Source: a virus
Taxonomy: Duplodnaviria; Caudoviricetes
IMG/VR virus record: IMGVR_UViG_3300049259_000157
Span: 1 to 51,346 of that record
Direction: 5' to 3' (one strand)
Length of the DNA stretch: 51,346 nt
Part shown: positions 17,607 through 27,607 of the stretch, piece by piece
Numbering within the stretch: position 1 is the stretch's first letter
Layout of the letters: every line of letters starts with the position of its first letter
Notes under the pieces: model-generated
What the model was told of the DNA's origin: nothing
Databases searched by the model: none
The model's input: the letters and a program-made list of their open reading frames with translations, nothing else
Program-made: the position numbers and the translations under genes

Positions 17607-19574
17607 TCAAAGCGCACCCATCGGCGTCCAGTCGGTCAGGCTATCCGGGTCGTCGGCGATGAACGACCTGGTCGTGATGAACGCGGCATCCGTAAATGCG
17701 TGCTTGATCGCGGCGATAACCGCGTTTGACGCTGCGACATCTGGGTGATGGCCTAGCGCGCTATCCAGCATGACGTACGCGACCAGCGGGCGACCCCAGA
17801 ACGGGATGTAGGCGATCGCCTCGTCCGAGTCGACCGTGGCCGTGCCGGCAAGCGCGGCGATCGACCGTGCGTAGATGCCGCACCACTGGGCCCCTGTGGG
17901 GTGCGCGATGTCGCCGCCGATTTGGGTATACCCGGTGCGCGCGTCGGTCTGGGAGAACTCGATGTGCCACACGCCATCGGTCTCGGTCTGGAAGAGGTGC
18001 AGCCACAGCTGCGACGGGTTTCCCGATACGAATCCGAGCAGGTTCACCGCGCCAGTGCTGACCTGGCTGACGAACGTCTCGCGGAACAGCTGGAAGCTCC
18101 CCGCGGTATCGCGTAGCCCAAACAGGATATAATTCCCGGCCACGCGATCGCCAAAGAACACGCCGGTCTCGAGCCCGCTTTGCGGCGTATTCATCATGAT
18201 CTTCGCGATCATGTGAGACTGCTTGGCATCGGCGCCCACTGGCATCTGCATGTAATGCCAATCCTTCACCACTCCGTCGAACGAATAAGATCCAGCGGGG
18301 AGCGATGCGCGGGCCTGTCCCGCAACCGACGTCCAGCTGCCGGCCGGGGTGACGTCCCACCTCTGAAGCAAGATCTCGTCGAACCCGTCGGAGATCTCGT
18401 TGGAGAATGAGATGTATTGCAGCTCGGTGAGATCGAGCGTGTCGACGATCCCGCCGATGGCGTCCTCGATTCCGGGGATCGAGCAGCCGCGGCGCTGCCG
18501 AAGGCGGGCCAGGACACGCTGTCGCAGCGTGTCGATGCTGTCGCCGGCGACGACCGGCGGCCGGGTCACGGTGATCCAGTCCTGTAGCACCTGGCCGTAC
18601 GCGCGGCCTGGCAGGAAGTTGGCGCGCATCTCCTCGATCTTGGCGCCGGCGAACCCGAGCGCATGGCCCGCCATACGGTTGTCGAGCTGCACATCGCTGT
18701 CGAGCTTGTCGCTGATCGGGAACCCCAGGTCGTGCGACTCGATGAACAGCTGGGTCCCGAGCGGCTGGTACCGGGTGACTCGAAGCCAGGTGGCTTCGAT
18801 CTCCTCCTGGCAGAGCTCGCGCGGAACGACCATGAGCTCATCGATCACGCCGGCGTAGAGCCGGCGGAACCCGTCGGTCGGGTCGCCGAAGATGAACCTC
18901 GACCCGACGAACGAGAAGTCCGTGGTTGACCCGGCGATCGAGCCGTCACTGCTGGCGACCTCTCCGAGCAGCAGATCTCCGATGTAGTAACGGAGCACGA
19001 CGGAAGTCGGCGAGATCCACCGGCGCGTCGCCGTGAGGATCGTAAACTGGCCCGGCGGCAGCGTGAACTCGGCGCCGGTCTGGATGTGGAGCGCGCCGGC
19101 GGTGTCGTTCCAGAGCATCTCGAGCCGCCCGGTTGCAGACGGCGCATCGACCACCGAGATCTGCAGGCCGTAGCAGGCGCCCGTGCCAGCGTCGTTGAAG
19201 ATACCGCGGACCATGATGGTGCCAGCCTCGCCGTAGGCACCCTGGGTGACAGCGTCCCACGACACGACGGCCTGGATGCTGACGTCGCCGGTCAGCATCG
19301 TCGAGCCCGGAACGCGATCCTTGGCGACGATCGCGGTGCTCGCGCTTGGCGCGAACTTGCGGCCGCGGCCGCACGCGGCGCCGACGATCGGCGGCATCGT
19401 CACCGGCGGGTCGTTGAGCGGAGCTATCAGATCCTGCAGGCCGCCGGCGGAGTCGCGCGGTCGCTCGACGTCGTCGCGCTCGAGGAACCGCAGCATGATC
19501 ACGGCCTGGTCGTCGGTCAGCCCAATCGCGCCCGGCGGGTCGTACGAGAACGTGCGGTCAGCGCCCGGCGCCAT
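17607..19574 (-). CDS. Baseplate gp48/DUF2313-like protein fused to LamG/ConA-like domain(s)
   Basis: YAGVIDELMVVPRELCQEEI (LamG C-terminus); LQDW...DSIDTLRQRVLARLR...SIPGI (gp48-like); follows baseplate J. Confidence 0.7.
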   Translation of the reverse strand: MAPGADRTFSYDPPGAIGLTDDQAVIMLRFLERDDVERPRDSAGGLQDLIAPLNDPPVTMPPIVGAACGRGRKFAPSASTAIVAKDRVPGSTMLTGDVSIQAVVSWDAVTQGAYGEAGTIMVRGIFNDAGTGACYGLQISVVDAPSATGRLEMLWNDTAGALHIQTGAEFTLPPGQFTILTATRRWISPTSVVLRYYIGDLLLGEVASSDGSIAGSTTDFSFVGSRFIFGDPTDGFRRLYAGVIDELMVVPRELCQEEIEATWLRVTRYQPLGTQLFIESHDLGFPISDKLDSDVQLDNRMAGHALGFAGAKIEEMRANFLPGRAYGQVLQDWITVTRPPVVAGDSIDTLRQRVLARLRQRRGCSIPGIEDAIGGIVDTLDLTELQYISFSNEISDGFDEILLQRWDVTPAGSWTSVAGQARASLPAGSYSFDGVVKDWHYMQMPVGADAKQSHMIAKIMMNTPQSGLETGVFFGDRVAGNYILFGLRDTAGSFQLFRETFVSQVSTGAVNLLGFVSGNPSQLWLHLFQTETDGVWHIEFSQTDARTGYTQIGGDIAHPTGAQWCGIYARSIAALAGTATVDSDEAIAYIPFWGRPLVAYVMLDSALGHHPDVAASNAVIAAIKHAFTDAAFITTRSFIADDPDSLTDWTPMGAL

Positions 19575-21103
19575 TACGCCTTCCTCACGATCACCACGCC
19601 GGGCGTCACGTAGTGGATCTGGCCGCTGCTCGGGAACGGATCATCGAGGGGCTCGTAGTCGGCCGCCGGCGACAGGATGAGGGCGTTGCGCACGCCCTGC
19701 TTGTACGCCGCGATCATCGACACCGTCGCCAGGTTGATGCCGCCGATCCAGGGCCCGTATTTGCCACCGGGGTTGGCGCTGCCGATGCCGTTGGCGAGCA
19801 CGTCGAGGCCGATGATGCTCTGCCCTGTCGGCACGGTGGGCGCCGCACTGCTTGCCGGAAGGGGGAGCTGGCCGCGGCCCGCGTAGACGATCTGACCGTT
19901 CAAATGGGCCACGATCGCGTCGCGGATCGGAGTGACCAGCGGGCCACCCGAATAGACCTTGTCGGTGGCCGCAGGCGCGTTGACCGGGGCGACCTCGAGA
20001 ACAACCTTGTCGGTGCCGCTGATCGCCTGAATGCGAAACGGCCGCCCGTCCTGCGCACTCGCAACGCCGTCAAGGATCAGGTCGTGGCCGGCGCGTAGTG
20101 ACGCGGGAAGCGGTGTGGTGAGTCGGAGCTCGCGGGTGCTCGGCGTCCAGGACAGCACGGTCAGCCCCCCGCTGTCCTCGAAGTTGAAGTTGAACGCGGC
20201 GATCCCGTTCGGCGTCAGAACGATCTCGACGCGCTGCGGATCGGCGACGGTGGCCAGCACGCGCAACGCGCCGCCCGTTCCCGAGATCGTGAACGGCGCC
20301 TTTGTCCTGATGTACGCGGCGACGGCGTCGCGATCATCCGACGTCAGCGAGCGGTCGGTGCCCGATCCGTTGTAGAACGCGACGACGTCGATCGAGCCCC
20401 GGCCGGCTCGGTTGGGGTAGGCGTATGCCGAGCTCACCGAGGGCAGCGACTCGATCGCCCAGCGCACGAAGTCGTCCTGGTTGCCGCCGGACGGTGTCTG
20501 AGAAAACGTGTCGAGGAACCGGGCGCGGTAGCCGCCGAACGGCTCGACGTCGAAGCCATCCTCGTCCATGTCGAGCTGCAGGATCACGCCCGACTCGATG
20601 CCGTCGGGCAGCGCCAGGAACCTCAGCGTCGATCCGGCGTCGAGTCGGGTCTGGGATCCGGTGTCGATCGCGGCAACGTCGACATCGACGAACGAGTCGG
20701 GGTCGACGCCTACGGTCCCGGGGATCGTCGCGCCGTTCGGTAGCTCGAAGAGCAGGCCGGTCTCGTCGTGGCGGAGCTGCGCGCCGGCGTCGGCTGCCTT
20801 GCCGGCGGCGCCACGGACCCTCGCGGCGGCCGACTTGCGCGCCGGCGTTGCGCCCTTGCGCTGGACGCCGATGGTGCTGCCCCAATCGTTGATCGGCTTG
20901 CCGTCGCCCGCGGTGAGCGGATGGAGGTCGCGTTGCGCCGAGTCGACGTGGGCGTGCAGTTGGGTCTCGGCGCCCGCCATGTAGCTCGCGCGGCGCCCGT
21001 GGTAGCTCTGCGTCGACGAGAAATTGAGCGTGGGAAATAGCGCCTGGCCGAGGTTGATCAGGAAGTCTCGGGCCTGGGCGAACGTGGGGATCGAGAACGG
21101 CAT
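19574..21103 (-). CDS. Baseplate J / Mu gp47-like wedge protein
   Basis: TGSQTRLDAG, DGFDVE...YRARFL...GGNQDDFVRWA...AYAYPNRAGRGSIDV. Confidence 0.92.
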   Translation of the reverse strand: MPFSIPTFAQARDFLINLGQALFPTLNFSSTQSYHGRRASYMAGAETQLHAHVDSAQRDLHPLTAGDGKPINDWGSTIGVQRKGATPARKSAAARVRGAAGKAADAGAQLRHDETGLLFELPNGATIPGTVGVDPDSFVDVDVAAIDTGSQTRLDAGSTLRFLALPDGIESGVILQLDMDEDGFDVEPFGGYRARFLDTFSQTPSGGNQDDFVRWAIESLPSVSSAYAYPNRAGRGSIDVVAFYNGSGTDRSLTSDDRDAVAAYIRTKAPFTISGTGGALRVLATVADPQRVEIVLTPNGIAAFNFNFEDSGGLTVLSWTPSTRELRLTTPLPASLRAGHDLILDGVASAQDGRPFRIQAISGTDKVVLEVAPVNAPAATDKVYSGGPLVTPIRDAIVAHLNGQIVYAGRGQLPLPASSAAPTVPTGQSIIGLDVLANGIGSANPGGKYGPWIGGINLATVSMIAAYKQGVRNALILSPAADYEPLDDPFPSSGQIHYVTPGVVIVRKA

Positions 21104-21106
21104 CGG

Positions 21107-21625
21107 CTACCTCGGGTTGAAAGCCTGGTTGATCGCTGACCCCGTGGTGAGGTCCGTATAGTCGAGCTCGACGACCAGCCGGCCGGTCTCGTCGACCAGC
21201 TCGGCGCCGTCGCGGTCGCGCACCGTGACGTTCAGGTTGCCGATGAGGCCGCTGATCACGAGCAGACCGGCCGCGCGCGCGATGTCGGCCTGCAGCATCT
21301 CGGGGGTCACCGGCTCGCCGTCGCGGATCAGCGACGCGACCGACGTGCCGTCCTCGGGCGTGTACGCTGACAGCCCGAGCTCGATCTCGAGCATCAGCAT
21401 CATCGCGGTGCGGGCGTCGCCGGTCTCTGCCCACTCACCGTTGGCGGTCCGCACGTAGTCGCGGGTGACCGGGTCGAGCAGGCGATCGCCTGTGCCGAGC
21501 TTCGAGCCCGCAACCGCGGTCGGGTTGAGCGACGCCAGCGAGCTTCCACCGGCGCCGCCCGGCGGCACGAACGAGAACGCAGTGCCGAACGGAGACGGGA
21601 ACGGGAACGAGAATGACGTGCCCAC
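21107..21625 (-). CDS. Mu gp46-like baseplate protein
   Basis: LDPVTRDY...; size and position just upstream of J. Confidence 0.65.
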   Translation of the reverse strand: MGTSFSFPFPSPFGTAFSFVPPGGAGGSSLASLNPTAVAGSKLGTGDRLLDPVTRDYVRTANGEWAETGDARTAMMLMLEIELGLSAYTPEDGTSVASLIRDGEPVTPEMLQADIARAAGLLVISGLIGNLNVTVRDRDGAELVDETGRLVVELDYTDLTTGSAINQAFNPR

Positions 21626-21626
21626 G

Positions 21627-22175
21627 TCAGGTTCCGCTCGTCGACATGATCTCTTCCCACTGCTTGGGCGTGGTGGCCTCGTTGAACCAGTACCAAATCG
21701 ATCCGTTGACCCCGCCGCCAGCCGCCTCGATCCCGCCGGAGTTCTTCATCTGGCCGTCGCCGCCTTGGAGATGTTGCCAGCGGGGCGATCCCGAGGTGTT
21801 CTCGCTCTTGAGGCAGATCACCGATCCGTGTACCGCGTTGCGGATCGAGATCTGATTGACGTTGCGCGACGAGCCGTCGGTGACGCAGTGGATCAGCGTG
21901 ACGCTGCCGTAATCGGTTCCGGGATCCCACGGCGACACCGAGGGGCCGAACGTGATCGTCGATCCGGTGAACTCGACATCGAACAGCGCGGTGGCCCCGC
22001 CGCCCCCGCCGGAGAGCGCCAAGATCGCCGCGCGCAAGTCGAACATCGCTTGCCTGACGATGTTGTACTCGGCGTTGGTGATCCACATCTCTGGGTGGGC
22101 GCCGATCGTGGATACCCCGTCCCATTCGGACTTGGGGCCCGGGAGATCGGTCATGTCGTCAACGAAGTTAGTCAC
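21627..22175 (-). CDS. Hypothetical virion protein within the baseplate cluster
   Basis: ITNAEYNIVRQA helix, Gly linker, beta-rich C-domain. Confidence 0.65.
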   Translation of the reverse strand: MTNFVDDMTDLPGPKSEWDGVSTIGAHPEMWITNAEYNIVRQAMFDLRAAILALSGGGGGATALFDVEFTGSTITFGPSVSPWDPGTDYGSVTLIHCVTDGSSRNVNQISIRNAVHGSVICLKSENTSGSPRWQHLQGGDGQMKNSGGIEAAGGGVNGSIWYWFNEATTPKQWEEIMSTSGT

Positions 22176-22207
22176 CGCCCGGTGTTACCGGATCGGCCGC
22201 GGGCGGT

Positions 22208-22798
22208 CTACTCCGCCATGAAAACGCTGGTCCCGGTCGGATCCGGGCAGGACGACTCCGGTGCGGCCGGGGTACTGGTGACGCCGCCCAGCGCTGGCGC
22301 CACGTGCGTATGGTCATTGAAGGTCTCGATGAAGTGGTTGAGCTTGTCGATCGCGTTCTGCAGGTCGATCAACATCGACAGCGGGACCGCGACGCCGTCG
22401 ATCGACCGCGCCTCGATGATCGGGTCCTGGCTCAGGGTGACGGCTGCCTTGCGGGTGAACACCCGCGTTTCGTTGCTGCGCAGCTTGGGCCAGAGCTTGC
22501 GGGCGTCCTCGTCCCTGTGGGCCAGCAGGATCGGGTTCTCCATCCCTCCGACGTTGGCCATGATGCCCTCGGCGTTGCTGTCGCCCGACGGCCGCGCGTC
22601 GAACCCGATCCCGGAGAACACCTCGACCTCGCGCCGCTCCTTCGTCTTGCCGTCGATCAGCAGGTGGCCGACGACCTGCCAGAATGAGCTCGAGGTCAGC
22701 GTGACAGCGACGCGGCGGATCATGCCGGCCAGCGCCCGCGCCTCGTGCGACACGCTATGGCGGGACTCGTCGATCGATGAATCACTCTTGACGCTCAC
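22208..22798 (-). CDS. Baseplate central spike (Mu gp45-like)
   Basis: VEVFSGIGFDARP, LRSNETRVF, C-terminal FNDHTH metal-binding tip. Confidence 0.88.
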   Translation of the reverse strand: MSVKSDSSIDESRHSVSHEARALAGMIRRVAVTLTSSSFWQVVGHLLIDGKTKERREVEVFSGIGFDARPSGDSNAEGIMANVGGMENPILLAHRDEDARKLWPKLRSNETRVFTRKAAVTLSQDPIIEARSIDGVAVPLSMLIDLQNAIDKLNHFIETFNDHTHVAPALGGVTSTPAAPESSCPDPTGTSVFMAE

Positions 22799-23925
22799 AG
22801 GACGATCTCCGTTCCGGTCGGAACCATGTGGATGTTGGTAACGTCTCCGGTGTCGTGCGCGCCGCTGTACGAGCACGACACCAGCAGGTACGTGTCATCG
22901 ATCTCGGCCTCTGCGTCGATCAGGTGGCCGACCGTGTCTGGCGCGAACAGCGTCAGCGCTCCACCTCCCAGGTTCTGCCCGAACCCGTCCATCTCGATCG
23001 ACGCGACGTGGCGCTTGTAGTCGCGCCGCGCCTGTTCATTCTTCGCAACGCGCTGCGCATCGCCATAGCTGTCGAACGCGCGTTCCGGGAGGAACAGGCG
23101 CTTGGGATGGATGAAGTCGCGGCCGGTCCCGTCGAGCTTGTTGAACGGGTTGTCGAACACCACGCCGCGGTTGTCGATCACGTTCTTGCCGTAGTTCGTC
23201 GTGCTCTGGCCGCCGACGCCGGCGCACAGGATCAGCGAGTAACGATCTCCATCGTCCTCGGAGATCATGATGTCCTTGACGGTTCCCGGATCGGAGTTGC
23301 CGAACTGGTAGACGAACTTGTACTGCGGCGCCTGGGTCTGGTTCGGCTTGCCGATGATCAGCTCCTTGCCGTCGGAGCTCGAGTAGCAGATGAGTCCTGC
23401 GCGCGAGACGATCTCGTGGATGAGGTGCCACCTGGACTCGCCAGGGTGGACCTGGCCGCGCCGCGGCACGCGCACGTTGATCGTCACCACCGGCTCGTTG
23501 CCGGAGGCCACGCGTCGGCCCTTGCCGCGGCGCAGGAGCCGGTTCTTGGCGTCGCTCAGCGTGATCGTGGAGAACCACGGCGACGCGAGCAGCTTCACCG
23601 CCTGCTCGATCGTCAGGCCGTCGTATGTGATCGCCGGCGCCGACTCGTCGATCAGGCGGCCGACCCGGTCGCGGCCGTTGATCTCGAGGACGCCCTGTCG
23701 GCCGTGCCGAACCCGCCGGTCGATGAACCCGTCGAGCATGGTCACGCCGTCGACCAGGATCGTGATTCGCGAGTCGCGGCGCAGCGTGCGGTACGCGGTC
23801 GCGTTGAACGGCATCCGCATCACGAACGTATCGGCCGGGGTGATCAGCGAGCTCTCGAAGTTGTACGACTGCCAGCCATCGATCTGCTGGCCGTTCACGA
23901 TCGCGGTGACGTCGTGGCTGATCAC
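22795..23925 (-). CDS. Baseplate hub (Mu gpP/gp44-like)
   Basis: IVNGQQIDGWQSY...ADTF...DGFID...GRDRVGRLIDESAP, HPGES. Confidence 0.9.
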   Translation of the reverse strand: MISHDVTAIVNGQQIDGWQSYNFESSLITPADTFVMRMPFNATAYRTLRRDSRITILVDGVTMLDGFIDRRVRHGRQGVLEINGRDRVGRLIDESAPAITYDGLTIEQAVKLLASPWFSTITLSDAKNRLLRRGKGRRVASGNEPVVTINVRVPRRGQVHPGESRWHLIHEIVSRAGLICYSSSDGKELIIGKPNQTQAPQYKFVYQFGNSDPGTVKDIMISEDDGDRYSLILCAGVGGQSTTNYGKNVIDNRGVVFDNPFNKLDGTGRDFIHPKRLFLPERAFDSYGDAQRVAKNEQARRDYKRHVASIEMDGFGQNLGGGALTLFAPDTVGHLIDAEAEIDDTYLLVSCSYSGAHDTGDVTNIHMVPTGTEIVL

Positions 23926-25124
23926 CGGAATCCGCCGGACTGCCGCGCCGGCATGACGTAGTCTCCGGGGTCGAGCCACCCCTGGGTCGCGATGTCGTTG
24001 AGCTGCGCGATCTGCCTCGCCCGATCCTGCGCCGCGGCGCCGCCGTAGACGCGCGCGGCGAGCGGCAGAAGCGACGTCTGGTGCAGGACGCGCATCGTGA
24101 ACAGCCGCGGCGTATCGGCGGTCGCGGCCTGGGCCGCCGAGCGGATCGCCGCGCCCAGCTGGATCGCCGCGACGAACGCCGGCCAGAGCAGCAGATCCTG
24201 TTCCAGCTGGCCGACGCCGATCATCAGGTTGATGCTGTCGCTGATTCGCGCGGCGTCGGTGAGCACCTTGCGCGGCGTCGGCGGGTCGCCTGTGTTCCAC
24301 GATGCCGCTGACAGCCGAGCGTCCATGGTGAGCGCGGCGCTCGCGTAGGCGAACGCGAAGTTGCCAGACGCCTGGGTCAAGCCGGCGGTGATCCCCGCGG
24401 CGACAGCGGCGCTGGCGCGCGCGTAGGCGCCGGCGAACGCCATGGCCGAGGCGTCGGCGGCCGCGGAGGCGCTGGCCGCGGCGGTTGCGGTCGCTGAGGC
24501 CGAGGCGTTCGCGCTCGCTGACGCCGAGAAGTTCGCGCTCACGCTGACGTCGGCGTTGACATCGACGTCGAACGCCACGTCGATGCTCTGCTGCACGGGC
24601 TGCGAGAAATCGATCTTGCCCGGTACGCCCGGGTCAAACCCGTGGTCGATGTTCGCGAGCTCCTGGTCGAGCGCGTCGGCCGCCGCCGAGACCGCGCCCT
24701 CGCCGGCGGCCGCGCTCGTGCCGATCCCGGCGGGCTGCACCACGACGTCGGAGTCGCCGTCGAACACGAATTCGATCTCGGCCGTGGTCACCGAGCTCTC
24801 ATCGATGGCCGGGTCGAAGTCGCCGACCAGGGCGAAGAACGCGCCGTCCATCGGGTGAATGAACAGACGCCGCTCGTGCCGGCGCGCGGCGTCGCGCAGC
24901 GCTCGATACGCCTGCGCCCCGGTCACCGTGGCGTCGGGGAAGTCGTCGAACTGGACCGTCAGCTTGGTGCGGTTCGCCTTGTCGCCGCGGTCCTGCACGG
25001 GGTGCGCGTTGCCCGATGCCAGATCGTGGACCACGAGCGTGTTGCCTGCGTTCCAGTTGCACTTGGACGCGTAGAGGCGGATGTCGCCCCACGCGCAGAG
25101 GTAGAGCTCTCCGGGGTTCGGCAT
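23922..25124 (-). CDS. Mu gpN-like DNA circularisation / tail-tube initiator protein
   Basis: VVHDL...VQDRG...LFIHPMDG N-domain; C-terminal LAARVYG...IAQLNDI. Confidence 0.82.
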   Translation of the reverse strand: MPNPGELYLCAWGDIRLYASKCNWNAGNTLVVHDLASGNAHPVQDRGDKANRTKLTVQFDDFPDATVTGAQAYRALRDAARRHERRLFIHPMDGAFFALVGDFDPAIDESSVTTAEIEFVFDGDSDVVVQPAGIGTSAAAGEGAVSAAADALDQELANIDHGFDPGVPGKIDFSQPVQQSIDVAFDVDVNADVSVSANFSASASANASASATATAAASASAAADASAMAFAGAYARASAAVAAGITAGLTQASGNFAFAYASAALTMDARLSAASWNTGDPPTPRKVLTDAARISDSINLMIGVGQLEQDLLLWPAFVAAIQLGAAIRSAAQAATADTPRLFTMRVLHQTSLLPLAARVYGGAAAQDRARQIAQLNDIATQGWLDPGDYVMPARQSGGFR

Positions 25125-26950
25125 CAGGGCTTTCTGCGGCGGTCGGTCGAGTTATGGACCGCGGTGGCAACGTGCTTGCCATCAACGTGTAGCTGCGGCG
25201 CCGGAGCGGCGACCATGGCCTCCGACACCGCCTTGGCGATCGCCGGCGCCATGACCGCGCTCACAGCCTGGTTGAACTCCCATATCGCGCTCACCGATGC
25301 CTTGCGTTGGGCGGCGTCGACGATGTCGCTCGCGTGTTGCTGCTGGAGCTCCTTGATCAACTTGTCTCGGCGATCGAGCGACATCCCGGTGTCCTCGAGA
25401 TACTTGCTTCCGATCGACCTGCGCCCCGCCACCCCGGCCTCTCCGGGGAACGGGAACGCGGCGGCGATCGCCAGGCGGTCTGACTTCTGCGTCGTCTTGT
25501 CGTCGACGATCGCGTCCTTGATGTCGTTGTACGCCTTTACCTTGGCCTCGTGGTCGCGCTGGATCTTCTGAACTGCTTCGAGCTCGCTGATGCCGTTGTT
25601 CTTGGCGGTCGCCTTGATGTCGCCGATCGACGGCTGCGCCAGCTTGCCGAGGTACGGCCCCGAGAATGTCCCTCGCACCTTTTTGCCGATCTCGTAGATG
25701 CCGCCCATGATGTCGGCGAACTTGCCGACCATCTCGACGAGCGGGCCGACCTTGTCGGTGAGGCCCTCGATCGCGGACACGAACGCCTCGATACGCTCTG
25801 GCGTCACGGCCGCCGCTATCGAGTTGCGCATCTTCTCGAACGCGATGTCGATCCGGCCAGCGTCGCTCTCGGTGACCGTCGCCAGATCCTTCGGGATGAC
25901 GCCGTTGACCATGCCGCTCGCCACGAGATCCTTCAACCTCTTGACGTTGCCGAGCAGCAGCTCGACGGTGCGCCAGCCTTCCTGACGGCCGAATGCTTTC
26001 TTGAGGAGCTCGGGATCTTTCATCAGCTTGCTCTTGCCGATGTCTTCGAGGATTTCGCCGAATGCGCGTGCGTGCTTGACGCCGTTGGCGTCCGTCACGT
26101 TGACCTTGACGCCTGCCTTTTCGAACCGGCTCGCGTAGGTGCGCAGGCCGACGAGCACGCGCTGTAGCCCGGTACCGGCCTCGCTGGCCGAGTTGAACCC
26201 GTCGCGCGTGATCTGGAATGCCGCGCCGATCTCGACCGCGCCCTTGCGCCCCTGGGCTCCGTCGAACTTCGAGAACAACGGCAGCAGGCCGGCGAACTCG
26301 GCCGCCATTTGCTTCGCCTCGATGCCGCCGTCCTTGGCCTGGTTGATGAGGCCGCCGATGGTGTTCTCCATCTCGCCGTCCGCCACATGCATCGAGCGAG
26401 TCAGCTGGTACATCATGCCGGCCAGATCGCTGGCCTCGGACTTTGACGCCCGCGCGGCGCGCGCCAGGATGTTCATCTTGTCGATCGTGAACTCCTCGGC
26501 GCCGGCCAGGTCGGAATATGCCTTGCCGCCGGCGAGCACCGAGTCTGCGCCGACCCCGATGTCGGCCGCGGTCTGGCGCGAGGCGCGCGCGATCTCCTTG
26601 AGCTGCAGCGGCGTCGACCTGGCGGCGATGCCGAACTCGACCAGCCTCTTGTTGAAGTCCCACACCTTCTTGCCCTCGTCGACGATCGTGTCCATGCCTC
26701 GCACCGCGAGGTTGCCGACCAGCGCGCCGGCGGCGCGCTTGATGACCCCGGCCGGGGTCATGATGCCGGCGCCGGGCTTTCCACCCTTGCCGGCCGGCCC
26801 GAACATGTTCGGCGCCAGGTTCATCTTCGACAGCATGGCGCTCACGCCTTGCGCGAAGCCTGACACCATCGACAGCGCCCGCCGCAGGCCGAGCGGAAGC
26901 TGCGAGGAGTTCGCCGTGATCTGGATCTGTGCGGTTGTTCCGGGCGGCAT
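25124..26950 (-). CDS. Tape measure protein
   Basis: 608-aa helical Ala/Gly-rich protein; QAKDGGIEAKQMA, ASEAGTGL; follows the tail chaperone. Confidence 0.9.
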   Translation of the reverse strand: MPPGTTAQIQITANSSQLPLGLRRALSMVSGFAQGVSAMLSKMNLAPNMFGPAGKGGKPGAGIMTPAGVIKRAAGALVGNLAVRGMDTIVDEGKKVWDFNKRLVEFGIAARSTPLQLKEIARASRQTAADIGVGADSVLAGGKAYSDLAGAEEFTIDKMNILARAARASKSEASDLAGMMYQLTRSMHVADGEMENTIGGLINQAKDGGIEAKQMAAEFAGLLPLFSKFDGAQGRKGAVEIGAAFQITRDGFNSASEAGTGLQRVLVGLRTYASRFEKAGVKVNVTDANGVKHARAFGEILEDIGKSKLMKDPELLKKAFGRQEGWRTVELLLGNVKRLKDLVASGMVNGVIPKDLATVTESDAGRIDIAFEKMRNSIAAAVTPERIEAFVSAIEGLTDKVGPLVEMVGKFADIMGGIYEIGKKVRGTFSGPYLGKLAQPSIGDIKATAKNNGISELEAVQKIQRDHEAKVKAYNDIKDAIVDDKTTQKSDRLAIAAAFPFPGEAGVAGRRSIGSKYLEDTGMSLDRRDKLIKELQQQHASDIVDAAQRKASVSAIWEFNQAVSAVMAPAIAKAVSEAMVAAPAPQLHVDGKHVATAVHNSTDRRRKP

Positions 26951-26954
26951 CCGG

Positions 26955-27156
26955 TTACTTTCTGAACGCGGAGTTCACGAACCGGGTTACGCCGGGTGCC
27001 GCGGGTCCATCAACGTCCTCTAAGAGTCCGCCGACGACGCTGGCCCAGTAGACGACGTTGGTGTCGGTGAGCTGGATAGCCGGAACTCCGAAGTAAGCAT
27101 GAAGATCACCAGCGCGGACACACCGAATCCTCTCAACAGCCGAGGATCTTTTTTTT
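26955..27156 (-). CDS. Frameshifted extension of the tail assembly chaperone (gpT-like segment)
   Basis: -1 frame stays open from the slippery site to TAA at 26955, 4 nt before the tape measure start. Confidence 0.75.
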
Positions 27157-27607
27157 CGAACGCGTGCTTGATGAGCTTGAAGTCGTCGTCCGAGATCGAG
27201 TCGCCGCCGATCGGGTCGAGTCGGTGGCGAACGTCCATGTAGACGTAGCCGCACGCGTTCACCAGGTCGTCGTCCAAGTCGAGCCACTCGTCGACCGAGC
27301 CGAACTGGACCGCGTGGTCCTCGGTGGTTCGCACGGCGCGCGCCAGCGTGCGGGCGGCACGCTGGAGCTCGAGGGTGTTGTGGTGCAGCGGGATCGGGTC
27401 GAGCTCCAGCTCGGACATCCGCTTGTAGACCTCGGCCTCGATCTCGTCGGTGACGTGCCGCGGGTTGAGCTCGATGTAGCAGGCCCCGAGCAGCGGAAGC
27501 GTGACATCCTCGCCGCGCGCGATCGCCGCACGGCGCTTGCCGAGCGCCGAGGTGGGCGGCGGGGCCTTGGTGAGGCCGCCACGAATTTTTTCTCCGAGGG
27601 CCGACAT
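27020..27607 (-). CDS. Tail assembly chaperone (gpG-like)
   Basis: MSALGEKIRGG... between tube and tape measure; contains the slippery site. Confidence 0.8.
   Translation of the reverse strand: MSALGEKIRGGLTKAPPPTSALGKRRAAIARGEDVTLPLLGACYIELNPRHVTDEIEAEVYKRMSELELDPIPLHHNTLELQRAARTLARAVRTTEDHAVQFGSVDEWLDLDDDLVNACGYVYMDVRHRLDPIGGDSISDDDFKLIKHAFEKKDPRLLRGFGVSALVIFMLTSEFRLSSSPTPTSSTGPASSADS
27148..27157 (-). other. -1 programmed ribosomal frameshift site G-AAAAAAAA-G
   Basis: TTC GAA AAA AAA GAT; run of eight A in a high-GC genome at the canonical G/GT position. Confidence 0.8.
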
